Assembly (NCBI GenBank): GCA_002104945.1
Contig: MCFH01000007.1
Span: forward strand, 186,001-250,000
Source of the DNA: Piromyces finnis finn
Lineage: Eukaryota > Fungi > Neocallimastigomycota
Direction: 5' to 3'
Length of the DNA stretch: 64,000 bases
The position numbers and the translations under genes were made by a program. Below the pieces are notes generated by a model that saw only the letters and a program-made list of their open reading frames with translations, searched no databases and was not told where the DNA came from. This document shows, one piece after another, positions 26,291 to 40,500 of the stretch (the first letter of the stretch is position 1; every line of letters begins with the position of its first letter).

Positions 26291-29200
26291 TTATGTTTGA
26301 GAATTTTCTTCTTGGAAATTCTTAGTAACTTGGGTAATAGATTCTAATACAGCCACCAATTGGTCCTGATCATGGTATTTATTATTCCTTCTACTTCTTC
26401 TACTGTTCTTAAGTTTAGAATTATTAATATCGCTATAATATCCTATAGATTCACTACTTTCAGAAGATATAGTATTTGGTGCTGAGGTTGTTTGTATAAT
26501 ATTTTTTCTTGGAGATGATAAAGAAAACGGTAAGAAAGAAAGGCTATAATCAGTATTTATTGACGGTTTAACATCTCCAGTTAATTCACTTTTATTGTTA
26601 TTGTTATTAATTATAACTGGTTGATCTCGTGAAATATTAAAACTTAAATCTTCAAAAGTATCATTATTATTTGTATTTTTAGTTCCATGACTGAATCTTA
26701 TATCACTAGATAATCCATTTGATTTAATTTCATTAAATAACTTAACATTCTTATTGATTTTACCACTCAAGTTTGTATCTGAATTTCTTATCTTATTTCT
26801 ACTATTCTTTATTAAACTATCTTTAGATTTAGATAATTGTTGCTGGTTTAGAGATGAAATATATTCTAATGATTCAATTGACATTGTTGATGAAGATGTT
26901 GAAGTAGAAAAAGAGGATAAGAAAGAATTGTCATCTATAAAAGGACTTTTTCCTTTTATTTTATTTCTTTTAAATTTATTAGCTGTTAAAGAAAATATTG
27001 ATGTTGGCGAAGTTGGAATATTTACATTATTTTGATAGCTCTGCTTAATATTGATAGTATTTATTTGTAGATCTGAACTTGTTTCAGGTAAATATCTATT
27101 ATTGTCAACAGAAATTTCTTTTGAACTTGAAGCATTAAATAGCTTTACATCAATAATAGGAACATCATTATCATTAATTCTATTATGTTGATTATTATGT
27201 TGATAATTTTCTACTTCATTTTTTTCTTGATAATTTAATTGATCATTTTCAGTTATAGTATTTTTACTTTGATCTGATTGTTCAGTTTTCTCTCTATTAT
27301 TAGATAATTTTTTTATTATAGTTCTATTGTTTTTTACTGTATTTAAATAGTTCAAATTTCAAATATATATTAAAAAAATAAATAAAAATAAATTATTAAT
27401 TTTATTAGATTAATTAGTAAGAAAATGAGAAATATATCTTTTAAAAGATATATATAAACCATTATAATGATAACTTATAATATTTAATTTTTTTTTACCT
27501 GATTTCTCAAAATCATTATCATAAATTACTTTATTCAAAAAGGAATCCTTTAAATTTCGTATTTACAGTAAAAATATTAAAATTATGAATTATATATTAA
27601 ATTTATATTTATAAATATTATTATATGAACTATTTTTACATCATCAGTTTTACTTTTCTGACTTAATTCATCAGAGGAGTTATCACTCTAAATAATAAAA
27701 ATTATTAGTTATATATTAGTTATAGCCAAGTTAATAATATATGTAATATATGCAAACATTTCAATTTTAAATTATTATTTACTTTTCTTTTTCTATTTTA
27801 TTTTTACCTTTGATAAAAGGATTTCATTAATAATCTGTTTTTTATTCTCTAACGTTAGTTCCAATTCTTCAATTTTTTCCTTATAATCACTAATTTTTTT
27901 TTCATAATTCCCAATATCTATTAATTTAATATTTAATAATATTATTATATGATATATATTAATTAATATATTAACATAATAAAAAAAAGCTTACTTGTCC
28001 TATTGATATTTAAATTACTCTCTAACTCTGATATTTTAGTTCTTAATAAATCATTATCTGTATTTATCCTTTTTGACTCATTTGTCAGTGCTTCTATCGA
28101 ATGTTCTTGTTCAATAATCCTACTTTTAAGTTTTTCATAAAGATTATCTTTTGATTCTTCTAATTCCTATTTATATTCATAAATATTTATAATATTAATA
28201 AAAAAAATTTAAAAATACTTATATATTATTTACCTTTGATGATTTTTCTAACTGATATTGTTTTGTACGTTCAACAGCAAGCAAATTTTCAAATCTTTCT
28301 GATTTTAATTTCTACTTAGCATTACAATAAAATATTATTAGCATTTAATAAAAACAACTTTATGATTATTAATTATAATTGTACCTCTGATCTTAACTGA
28401 TTAATTAAAGCTTCTTTATCTGTTTCTAATCGTTTAATTATTTGATCCATTTGTTCATTTTCAGTTGATATTCTAGTATATTCTTTTTGTATTTCATCTT
28501 TAGTTCGATCTATCATTAAATTCAAATCTCGTGAAGAAACAACTTCTTTTATTAATTTTTCTTTATCTACTTCTAACTGTCTTATCTCACGGTCACTTGT
28601 TTGTAATGAACGATTTAGATCTATTAAACATATAAAGAAAATTAAATTTTATTGTTTCTATAATTTAAATAAAAATTCTTTTTTACCCTAAAAAAAAATA
28701 ATAATAATAAACAATTATAAAATCTAATTACTAGTAATTTGATTATCATAAGCTTGAGCATCCATCTTTAATTGAGCTATTTCTTTAGAATACTCTTTTA
28801 CCATTTGATTTAAATGATCCATTTGTTTTTTTTGTAATATTAATTCAACTCTATTTAATAAAACAACGATTATATTTAAATTATTATTTAGAATAATATT
28901 TATAAAAAATGAAATTAATATATATTAAAAGAGGAAAATATGTTTATCTTTATACCTTGCATTATTATTTTCCTCTGTCGAATATTTATAAGTTACATCC
29001 AATTTTTCATGTTCATTAATTAATTTCTTATATGAAAGCATAATTTGTTCTTTTTCTTGATCCTTTGTTAAAACTAATTGATCAAGATAATTAACCTTTT
29101 CAGTTAATATCTTAACTTCTTCATTCATTTCATTTCTTGAGTTTGCATACTATTTTTATTTAAAAAAAATAATAATAACAATAATAAATTACTATTTTTA

Positions 29201-31769
29201 ATTATTTATCTACAATATTATTAATCATTATATAATTAAAATTGTACATCAGCTAATTCATTATTTAATATTTGATTTTCTTTCGTTAATGATGCAACAT
29301 CAGCATTATTATTTCGTATTTCTTCCTCATATCGCTATATTAAACAATATTTTATATAAAATCAATTAAACCATTAAAATTTTATCTAAATTAAATATAC
29401 AATAAATTACTTGGCAGGTATTAATTAATTCATCATTTTCAGTTTTTAATTGACTTAATTGTCTTGATTGACTTATTACTTCTTTATCCTGTTCTGTTAA
29501 ATGAGATGTCAAAAGATCAATTTGATCACGTAAATTTATAAATTCTTGTTTCGATTTCAACTCATTATCTTTTAATGCTTGGATTAATTCTTGTTTTGAT
29601 ATATTAATATATATATAATTTTGATACTTTAATCATATACAATAATTAATATAAAAATTACATATTTTAATAAAATCTTTAAATACCTTCTAATTCAACG
29701 ATTTTTTCTGTTTTTTTATCAACTTCTATTTGAAATTCATCACGTTCATTATCTAATTCTTGTATAATAGTATTCTGCTGTTCAATTTTTCTCTCTAAAT
29801 CAACGTATTCTTTCTTATTTTTTGTATATTCTTCTTGTAAGTTTTCTAGTTGATTCAGTGCATCGTTTGCTTTATTTGAAGCAAGATCTACTTCTTCATT
29901 CTAATAAACATATAAATATTTCAAACTCTTTCAATATTATTGGAATAAACAACTTTAATCAAATCCTATAATATATAATATGAATAATTACGCTTTTTTT
30001 ATTCTTTTCTATTATATCATTAAGTTGTTGATTTAACTTTTCAATATTACTTTCTTTTTCTTTCATTTTTTTTTCATACAATTTAATTTCATTTTCAATA
30101 TTATTTATTTTTTCGACCATTTCATCATTTAATAATTGTTTATCTTTAATATCATTGTTCTTCCTATATTCATTAATATTGAAAGTATTTATTAACTATT
30201 ATAATTCATATTATTTAATTACTTTTCATTATTAAATATATATAACATTACATGCAAAGTTCATCTTCTAACTTTTTTATTTTAGTTTTAAATATATCAC
30301 AATCTTCTTCAATTTTCTTTTTTTCTTCTACTACTTTATTCAATGTCTCATTCATTTTATCCATTTTTAATTTTTGATCAGATATTGTATGAATAAAATA
30401 CTCATTACTATTATCAACATTTAAAATTTTTGTATTAACATTATTAATATTATCATTATTAGTTTGCTGGTTAATATTACCAATAAAATTATTATCAGGC
30501 GTATAATATTGATTCTTATGAAGAGTATCATTTTTAAATTTTTCAAATTCTTGAAGTAACTCGTTATTCTTTTTCTTTAAATTATCTCTCTCCCTTATTA
30601 ATGAATTACCATACTCTTTCATTTCATTGAATTCCTTATCAAATATTTTTATTGATTCTAAAAGTTTATCACGCTCACTGAAATTAATAATATTTCATTA
30701 TCAATATGTTATAATCATAATTAATAATATTATTATTAATTAATAGTTTTACTAAATATATATTTATATAAATTATAATAATAATAATAATAACCTTTTA
30801 ATTTTTTCATACTCTTTATTCTAAGAAAAAATAAATAAAGAATAAAATAAATATAAATAAAGTATCATATAATATGTAGTAATACAAATAATTTTAATTT
30901 TTTTATAAATTTTAAAATCTATTATTTAATAATTATAATGATAATAATAAAATATAAAAAAAAATAATAATGCTATATAATTTACATTTGGAAACATATC
31001 TATTTCTTTTGAGCTTTCCTTTTTTACTAAATTTATTAATTCTTGTGTTTGAGTTATATTTTGTTGTTTTAATGTCTGAAATAAATCTTTATATTTATTA
31101 AGTTCTTCATACGACTTATTTATTTTATTAATCTTAATATATATTTATATTTATATTTATATTATATTTATATTTATATTTATTTTGTTATTAATAATAA
31201 TAGTAATAATAATATATTCAATAATAATACCTCTGTTTTAAAAATTTCCTTTTCTCTATTTTGCTTCTCTATTTTTTCTTCTAATTCTTTTACTTGTTGC
31301 TTCAGAATCACATTACTATTTTCTAATAGGTTTATCTCTTGAATCTATATTTTATTTCATTAATAATTAAATTATTCTATGTACTATATTTAATAAAAGA
31401 AATTAATAATAATGTATAATAAATAATACATTTCTATCATTAATGGCTTTTTGAGATGTATTCAATTGTTCATTTATCTCCTTTTTAAGAGATTCTACTT
31501 CTTTCTCAAGTAAATTGTATTTTTTCTTAAATTCATTTTTTTCCACTGTTAAATCTTTTAAATGTTGAATTTATATAAAAATTTAAATATTAATATTTTT
31601 TATACTTATTTACTTATTATTTATATATTACATATTACATACTTTCATTTGATTCTTCTAAATCATTTAATGCTACTTTAGCATCTTCTAAATCTGCATC
31701 TCTATCATTTATTTGCCTCTTTAGTTCATCCAATTCTTGCAATAGCTAATATGTTAATTAGATGTTATT

Positions 31770-31819
<50 letters not shown>

Positions 31820-33899
31820 ACATGTTACAATATTAAAATATAATAGTTTAAATAATATTTAATTATTATATATAAAAATTTACTTTTGAATTTTGATCTT
31901 TTAAAATAGTAATATTTTGTTTTAATTCATGAGTATTATTTTTGCTATCTATATTAGATGATTTATTATCTTTTTTTTTTTTCTTTTCAAGTTTACTATT
32001 AAATTTTGAATTATTCAATGATTTTATTGGTTTATTCTCTACTATTATAGTAGGTATATCTCTCATATTTTCTGTTGGGGCTTTTTTAGGAGGAGGTGAC
32101 ATTACTCTTGTTTCTGTTAATTCTTTAACCATTGATTCAAATTTATTAATATTTTTCCCCAATTCAGCATTTTTCAGTTTCTCGTTTTTTAAATCATTTT
32201 CTAATACTTGTTTTTCATTATCTTGTTTAAATAAATATGTTTCTTTTTCTTGTTCCAAATCATCAACTTCCTATAAAATTGTAAAGTATTAATAATTATT
32301 ATTTAATATTGAAAGTCTTTTAATAAAACTATATAATATTATTAAAAACTACTTTTTGTAGTATTTGAACATGCTCTTGCCAATATTCAACTTGAATTTC
32401 TAATTCTTTTATTCTCTGGGAAGAACTAATTAGCCTTTCTTCTAATGATTTTTTATCCTCCTCATCATTAGCATCATCATTTTTCTTTGAAAATTCACTT
32501 AGATTATTCATTTTAGAATATTTTAAGTTTTGGCTCAATCTCTTAATTTCGATATCTCTCCTATTTAGCATATTCTTTAATGTATCGATCTTATAATTGA
32601 AATTTATTTAATTTATAATAATAATTCTTATCAATATTAAATCTCAATGATTACTAGTAATAATTTTTTCTTAAAATCATTATACCTCATTTTCAAAAAT
32701 TTTATTTTTCATTTTGTAATTTTCATTTGAATTTTCTAGATTTTTAATAATTTCTTTTGTTTGTTCTAGAGTATCAAAGATAATTGGATCTGGTTTTGGA
32801 TATATATCATGAGGTTCTTTCATTTTATCTTTCAATATTTACAAAAAACATTTTAATAACAAAATGAACTATTACAAATAAGAATATTGAAATATATATA
32901 TATATTAAATTAAATACCTAAACCAGTTTCAATATCTATAGTTTGAAGTCTTGAATATAAACGATCATCTGAAGCTGGAATCTTTGTGACATCTATATAA
33001 ATTATGAGTAATAATATTAAAATAGAATATATTTACAAAATGAAATAATTGAAATTAATATTTCTATATGTATAAATTATATATTCTTATATATTTTTAT
33101 TATATAAATAAATATATACTTCTAACATCTCCAGTAGTTAAAAGAACACCACTTTTTTTCAATATATCTTCTACTCTATTTTTCTCTGTTTCATTTTTTT
33201 TCTGTTCTTCATTAAGTTTGAAACGATACTGAGAAAGAACAAATTTTAAATCTTTAATTTCATTTTCGTATTTCCTTTTTAATTCCTGTAATTTCCTTTC
33301 TATTTCATTTTTACTATCTAATTCTTTAATTAATTGTTCATGAAGATTATTATTTTCTTCTATACATTCTCCTAATTCTTTATTTAATGGTTCAATCTTT
33401 AATTATTGTTGTTGTTGTTAATTTTAAATTATTTCAAAATTAATTAATTTAATTCCAATTAGTAAAATTAATAGTAATTCAATTTTATTAATTTAACATT
33501 AAATAAGTTAAAAAATATAACTTTAACATTTTAATAATTATATATATAAATAACATACTTGATATTGAATATTATCTTTTTTATATATTAAATTTTCATT
33601 TAGTGTTTTTAAAGACCGACATGACTGTGTTGTTTGGATTAAATCAGCTAAAAGTTTTTGAATTAATGGAATTGATTCATAATCAAAATGTTCAGTGTAA
33701 TCAAGTTGATTTAGTCTTATTTATTTATATGTACATGTGAATAAAAAATAAAATAAAATATAACAATATTATTAATAATAATAGTAGTATATGTAGTAGT
33801 AGTAGTAGTAATATATTTTATATAGATAGATAGATACCGTTGTCTTAAAAGTTGATAATTTTCTTCAACTAAATTATAATCTTTCGAAATTGCTGACAT
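26291..33899 (-). CDS. CEP135: CEP135/Bld10-like centriole cartwheel coiled-coil protein, many exons
   Basis: Spliced N-terminus MSAISKDYNLVEENYQLLRQR/LNQLDYTEHFDYESIPLIQKLLADLIQTTQSCRSLK...IEPLNKELGECIEENNNLHEQL matches the CEP135 N-terminal signature (YxxLRxRLDQLGY...PLVEKLxxDLxxTT...ENNxLxxxL). Long coiled-coil exons follow. Internal exon boundaries were not all resolved. Confidence 0.8.
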
Positions 33900-35616
33900 T
33901 CCATATGGTTTTATCAACTTATTTTATCTTTTAATTGAATTTAAGAAAAGAGACGAAATTTAATATTATTGTGAATTCTTTAAATGTATTAATTTTATCT
34001 TTCCTATATAAAAATTCTCAATTATAATTTTTTATACTTTTGCTATTACTGTCGTTTTTATTTTTATTATTGTTGTTATTAGTAAGTAAATTATTTTGAA
34101 AAATGTAACTTAACAATATTATTAATATTAAAATTATAATTTCAATTTAGAAAATAACATAAAACAAAATAATATTTTACAATATTTTTCTTTTTTAATT
34201 GATTATTATTACTTTAAAAATATACTATTACATAAATATGTTGTAATAAATAAAATAGAAATTAATATGATATTTATTATTACTTTTCTCTTATTTTATT
34301 CTCAATTATATTTTTGTCTTTAGTTTTAATCAAGTTAACTTTTAAGTTAAATCATTTTTATAAATTTATATATATTAATTAAATTGTCATTTAATTAAAT
34401 TCTAAACTTTAATTTTTAATATTTTTTTTAATCTTTTTTTACAATATAAAATTAATTTAATATAACCCTTAGTCTCTGAAAGGGTTAAGAAATTACATTT
34501 CAAATAAAAATATAAAAGTATTATTATTACATCTTTAATTAGTATTTTTTGGAATATAAGATATTAATAAATTATAATAAAAAGAAAGAAAGAAAGAAAG
34601 AAAGTATATAGAAAGAAAAAAGAAGAAAAAACTATATTTTTTTATAATATCTGATTTATCATTATTATTTACTATTTCTATTTTTACAAATAAATAATTG
34701 ATATTAAGATATTTTTTTAATTCAACTATTTATTACTCATTATTATTTATATATTTTTTCTAAAATATGTGTATGAAGAATGAAAATGACATTTAATAAT
34801 ATTTAACTTACTAAAATAAAATTTAAAAATAATCAATTATGTACATATTTAATATTAAATATAAAGAAAGAAAAAAATTAATTATAATCTTTAAAGAGTT
34901 TCAACTTTTTTTTCCTGTTTCAATAAAGCAAAGATAAATCACATTGATAAAATAATTTTTATAACATTTAATAAGAAATATTAAATTTAATATTGATATT
35001 AAAAATTAAAATAATAATACAATATCAATATTTATAAAATAATATTATGAAAATATAATAATATTAATATATATATTTTTTAACTATTTTTAATTAAAAT
35101 CACTTTTACAAAGTTTTTATTAATTAATTTTAAAACAGAAATTTGAATTTTTTAAGATAATTTTTTAAGTGACATATTCATATAGAGTATGATTTATTGG
35201 TAAAAATAAAAATGAAATAAAATTTTTTTGTAGTTTATTATGTAATAGGTTAGGGTAATTTTATTTTTTTATGATAATAGTTTTTAATTAAGAATTTGAT
35301 AGAAATTAGAATAATATGTTCCTTTTATAGTAATACTTTTTAAATTAAAAATATTAAAATTAAATTTCAAAGTTTAAATAATAAATGTTTATTTATTACT
35401 TAATTAGATCAAGTTCATTTTTAAAAATCAAGCATAAATCATACTAATAAAGAAATAAACATGTAATGTTGTATCAATTACATATATATTTTAATTAATC
35501 ACAACTTTAATAAAAATGTTTACATTTTATTTTTCTAACTAATGTGCTAGTTTTTCATTTAATTTTTTCTATATTAAAACATATATAAATTTTATTTACT
35601 ATTCATTATTTTATTG

Positions 35617-36270
35617 TTATAATAAAGTTTTTTTTTCCCCAAAATTAATAAACAAATATATTCCAAGTATGGCATTAAAGCCTACCGCAGAAAAAACACT
35701 AAATCTTTCAATAATACCAAAGTATTCTTTAGGTACTATTCCTTGACCTACAGCACCCACAAACATCATTATTAATGCTATAAATGCCAAAATACTAATT
35801 ATTCTTTCTTCAACTTTTTTAAATCCTGCAATAATAATACATATTAAAGATATAATTGATAGAAGAACTACTAATATTGTTACAATAATATGCATAATTT
35901 CTTGAAATGTTATAATGTCTTTTCCACTTTCGGAAAGAGGAAATGAACCATATCCAACATTTGAAATCCATTGCATTATTGTAAATATATATATTCCAAT
36001 TTTAAATATTTTAGAAAATTGTTTTTTTTCGGATATATGGATTGAAACACAACTACAACATACAACACTACAAACATTATATAAAGAAGCTATTCTGTTC
36101 CATGAAGATTTTGAAGGTGCATTGTCAGCAGAAAGATCACTAACTGCCTGCTTCTTCCAATTATATCCTGGATAATAAAAAGGCGAAATAATTACAGCTG
36201 CGGTATATGAAATAAGGGCTATCAGTCCGGAGAGTCCAAACCAATTAATTAGTGTTTTATTACAATTCAT
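35617..36270 (-). CDS. DUF998-family membrane protein, bacterial type, intronless, 217 aa
   Basis: Hydrophobic intronless ORF with YPGYNWKKQAVSDLSA, an internal His (MHIIVT) and C-terminal FGIIERF, as recalled for Firmicutes DUF998 proteins. Confidence 0.75.
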   Translation of the reverse strand: MNCNKTLINWFGLSGLIALISYTAAVIISPFYYPGYNWKKQAVSDLSADNAPSKSSWNRIASLYNVCSVVCCSCVSIHISEKKQFSKIFKIGIYIFTIMQWISNVGYGSFPLSESGKDIITFQEIMHIIVTILVVLLSIISLICIIIAGFKKVEERIISILAFIALIMMFVGAVGQGIVPKEYFGIIERFSVFSAVGFNAILGIYLFINFGEKKTLL

Positions 36271-37517
36271 TTTTTATAGTGTTTATTAATATAATTAATA
36301 ATTATTCTTTATAATTACTTTATTATTTAATTTCAAATGTTTTTTTTTTTTTTTTTTTTTTTTTAAAGAAAATTTGCTAATAATTATTGTTATTTATCTT
36401 AAAATAATTACACTTTTTTTAATTTTTCATATATATATTTTTTCATTTACTTAATAATAATAATTATAATACTAATAATACTATTCATAAATTCTGATAA
36501 TTATTATTAATCATTTTAATATATTATTTATTGGGTAATTTTTGATTATTTTCTAGAGTGTGATTGGACATTGATAGTAATCATACTTTTCCATATATTA
36601 CTTAATATATAATAAAATCAATTCAAATTAATAAAGTATTTTTTAACGTTTATTAAATGATTATAATACATATTTTATATATTCCTAATATTAATACTCT
36701 TTTTTAAATAATCAAATATATTACTTTATATTTTAATATATTTGATAAAATTATATAATGATCCAGTAATTATTATTTTAAAAATAAATATATAATAGTT
36801 TTTTTTTTTTTTTTTTTTTTTTTTTTCTTTACAAAAAAAAGTTTATAAAATATAACATATTTATTTATTTTTATTTGTGGGGTAAAGTAGAATGATAGTA
36901 AAATAATGTTAAATTAGAGATAAATGTGGTATTGAAAGGAAAGAAAAAAAATAATAATGATGATTAGAAAATGAATGTTATATAATTTTTTTCTAAAAAA
37001 AAAGGAATATAAAGTTACAAGTTGTAAGTTTATTATAAATAGTTAATAATTAATTATGTATTCTTATTGTTAAATGAATCGAATCTTTATTTATATATTA
37101 TAAAGAAAAAATAATATTTTAACTTAAAAGTATTGATTAATATAAAATAGGCGTAGTATATAAAAAATAATTAATATATTTTCTTAAATTGAAAATAATT
37201 AACTTTTTATTCCTTTTACATTAAACATAAATTTAATTCATTATTCTAATTGTATTTCATTATTATTTTTTATCTTTAAAATATATATCATATAATTATT
37301 TAATTCTTTATAAATCTTTTTATTTGTATTATTTTATAAATTTTATATGATATAAATATTAATAAACTTATTGTAAAAAATTATAAATCGAAATTGTAAT
37401 TAATATAAATATTTATTTATATTTGATTTTATTATTAATTAATATTTTATGATGTATCATTTTAGTATATTAATTATTAATTAAAAATTATTTATTTCTA
37501 TATAGTTTATATAAAAG

Positions 37518-40500
37518 ATGAGAACTGAAACTATTGTTTTACTTAAGGGTGATGGTATCGGTCCAGAAATCGTTACTGAAGCTCAAAAGGTTTTACAACT
37601 TGTTAGTGACGCTAGAAAGGAAGCTAACGGTTTTCAATTAGAATTTAAGGAAGAATTAATTGGTGGTATTGCTATTGACCAAACTGGTAAATATAATAAA
37701 TAATAATTAATATATTTATTTTAAAATTAAAAAATGTTATTTTGAATATGATTTTTTATTGCGTGATATGATAATTTTTAAAAAAATATGTTTTTTAAAA
37801 TTTTTGATGTTACATAATTTTTACTTAAGATTAAATGGGGATTAAAAATATGAATAATATAAATAGAATATTAAAGTATAAAAATATAATTATTTTTTAA
37901 ATAGGTTCACCATTACCAGAAAAAACTCTTAATTCTTGCTTAAACGCTTCTGCCGTTCTTTTAGGTGCTGTTGGTGGACCACAATGGCCACGCCCAGCTA
38001 CTCCAGAAAATCCAAATCCACCAAGACCAGAACAAGGTTTATTAGATATTAGAAAAAAGATGAACCTTTTCTGTAACATTAGACCATGTATTTTCCCATG
38101 TGAATCTCTTAAGCAAAAGAGTCCATTAAAGGAAGAAATTGTTAAGGATACTGAATTTATTGTTGTTAGAGAATTAACTGGTGGTGCTTACTTTGGTAAG
38201 CGTGAAGAAGAAAATGCTGAAGGTGTTGGTAAGTAAAAGTATGTAGTAAGATGCTTTAAATAAGCGAAACCAAAAATCTAATTTATACAAATTTATATAA
38301 TTTGTAAAATTTGGTATATTCTAGCTTACGATACTACTGTTTATTCTGTTCCAGAAGTTCAACGTATTACTCGTATTGCCGCTAAGCTTGCTCTTGCTCA
38401 TGAACCACCATACCCAATTATCTCTATTGATAAGGCTAATGTTTTAGCTTCTTCTCGTCTTTGGAGACGTGTTGTTACTGAAACCATTGAAAAGGAATTC
38501 CCAACTGTTAAGTTACAACATCAATTAGTTGATTCTGCTGCTATGATTATGGTTAAGAACCCATCAGCTCTTAATGGTGTTCTTTTAACTGAAAACATGT
38601 TTGGTGATATTCTTAGTGATGAAAGTAGTGTTATTCCAGGTAGTTTAGGTCTTCTCCCAAGTGCTAGTTTAAACGGTTGGGGTAAGGAAAGTAATGGTTT
38701 ATATGAACCAATTCACGGTTCCGCTCCAGAAATTGCTGGTCAAAATATTGCTAACCCAATTGGTACTATTTTATCTGGTGCTATGTTACTTCGTTACTCT
38801 CTTGGTCTTGAAAGAGAAGCTAAGGCTATTGAAAAGGCTGTTGCTAAGGTTTTAGATGATGAACAACACGGAGGTTTAAATATCCGTACTAAGGAACTTG
38901 GTGGTAATGCCACTACTACTGAAATTGGTGATGCTATTTGCAAGGCTCTTGCTGATGAATTAAACCAATTAAACATTGAAGATTATGCTGATAAGGTTGA
39001 AGTTGATAATGAAGGTCGTCTTGTTTTATCTTCCCTTAAATTCAAGCGTCGTCCAATGACTCTTTGTGAAAAGATTATTTGTAATTCTGCTATTGGTTTA
39101 CCAGCTCCATATGATGTTAAACCAGGAGATATGGTTTGTGTTAAGGTTGACTGGACTATTGCTTCTGAATTAACTTGGAAGGGTATGGAAAAGACTTATG
39201 ATGCTATGGGTCGTCCAGGTGTTAACCGTAACGACAGATTCTGGCTTGCTATTGACCACACTTGTGATCCATCTATTAACGATCAACCAAAGCCACAAGC
39301 TTTAATTGCTGCTTCTCGTCAAATTCAAAAGGAAGTTGGTATTAAGGATTTACACGGTCCAAATGAAACTATTCTTCACACCGATTTCTACCGTTACCGT
39401 GCTCTTCCAGGTCAAATGATTTGTGGTGCTGATTCACACTCTTGTTCCGCTGGTGCTCTCGGTAACTTCGCTGTTGGTCTTGGTGCTGCTGATGTTCTTA
39501 TGCCATTAGTTACTGGTGAAACTTGGTTCAAGGTTCCAGAAACTTGTGAAATTCGTTTTGTTGGTAAGCCAAAGTTCGGTATTACTGGTAAGGATATTAT
39601 TATTCACGTTCTTGGTGAATTAAAGAGAAATACTGTTGGTTTCGAAAGAGCTTGTGAATGGACTGGTCCAGGTCTTAAGTATTTAAGTTGTGATGATAGA
39701 TTTGCTATTGCTAACATGAGTACTGAATTTGGTGGTATTGCTGGTGTATTCCAAGCTGATGAAATTACTGCCAACTTTGTTGCTAAGCGTAGTGGTGACA
39801 ATGCTAACTACAAGGATGGTGCTCTTTACTTCCGTGCTGATGAAGGTGCTCAATACTCATCATCTCACATTATTGATTTAAGTAAGGTTGAATCAAGTGT
39901 ATGTATCTACCCAGCTCCAGATAACGTTTCACCAGTTGGTGAAGTTCTTGGTAAGGAATTAGATGGTTGTTTCATTGGTGCTTGTACTACTGCTGAAGAA
40001 GAACTTATTTTAGCTGGTCTTGTCCTTGAAGCTGGTTTAAAGAAGGGTTATGTTCCAGTTTGTAAGGGTAAGAGAAAGGTTACTCCAGGTTCTGCTTCTA
40101 TTTTAGCTAGACTTCGTGAACTTGGTCTTATTGACGTTTATGAAAAGGCTGGCTTTGAAGTTGGTGCTCCAGGTTGCAGTTACTGTTTAGGTATTGCTGC
40201 TGATCGTGCTGGTGAAGGTGAAGTTTGGTTATCTTCCCAAAACCGTAACTTCAAGAACCGTATGGGTAAGGGTAGTATTGGTAATGTTACTTCAGCTTCT
40301 TGTGTTGCTGCCTCTAGTTTCGATATGAAGGTTACTGATCCAACTGAATTACTTGAATCTATTGACAGAAACAAGTGGGAACAATTCCGTCAATTCAATG
40401 TTGTTAAGGGTGAAGATATTGTTATTTCTGAACCAAGACCAATTATTGCTAAGGCTGGTAGTAACTCTAATGTTGATAAGGTTGAATCTAAGAACGTTAT

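Noticed and set aside
34445-35260. Isolated taaccct and ttaggg words
   Set aside because: Single units rather than a telomeric array. The LINE array is flanked by genes on both sides, so it is not telomeric.
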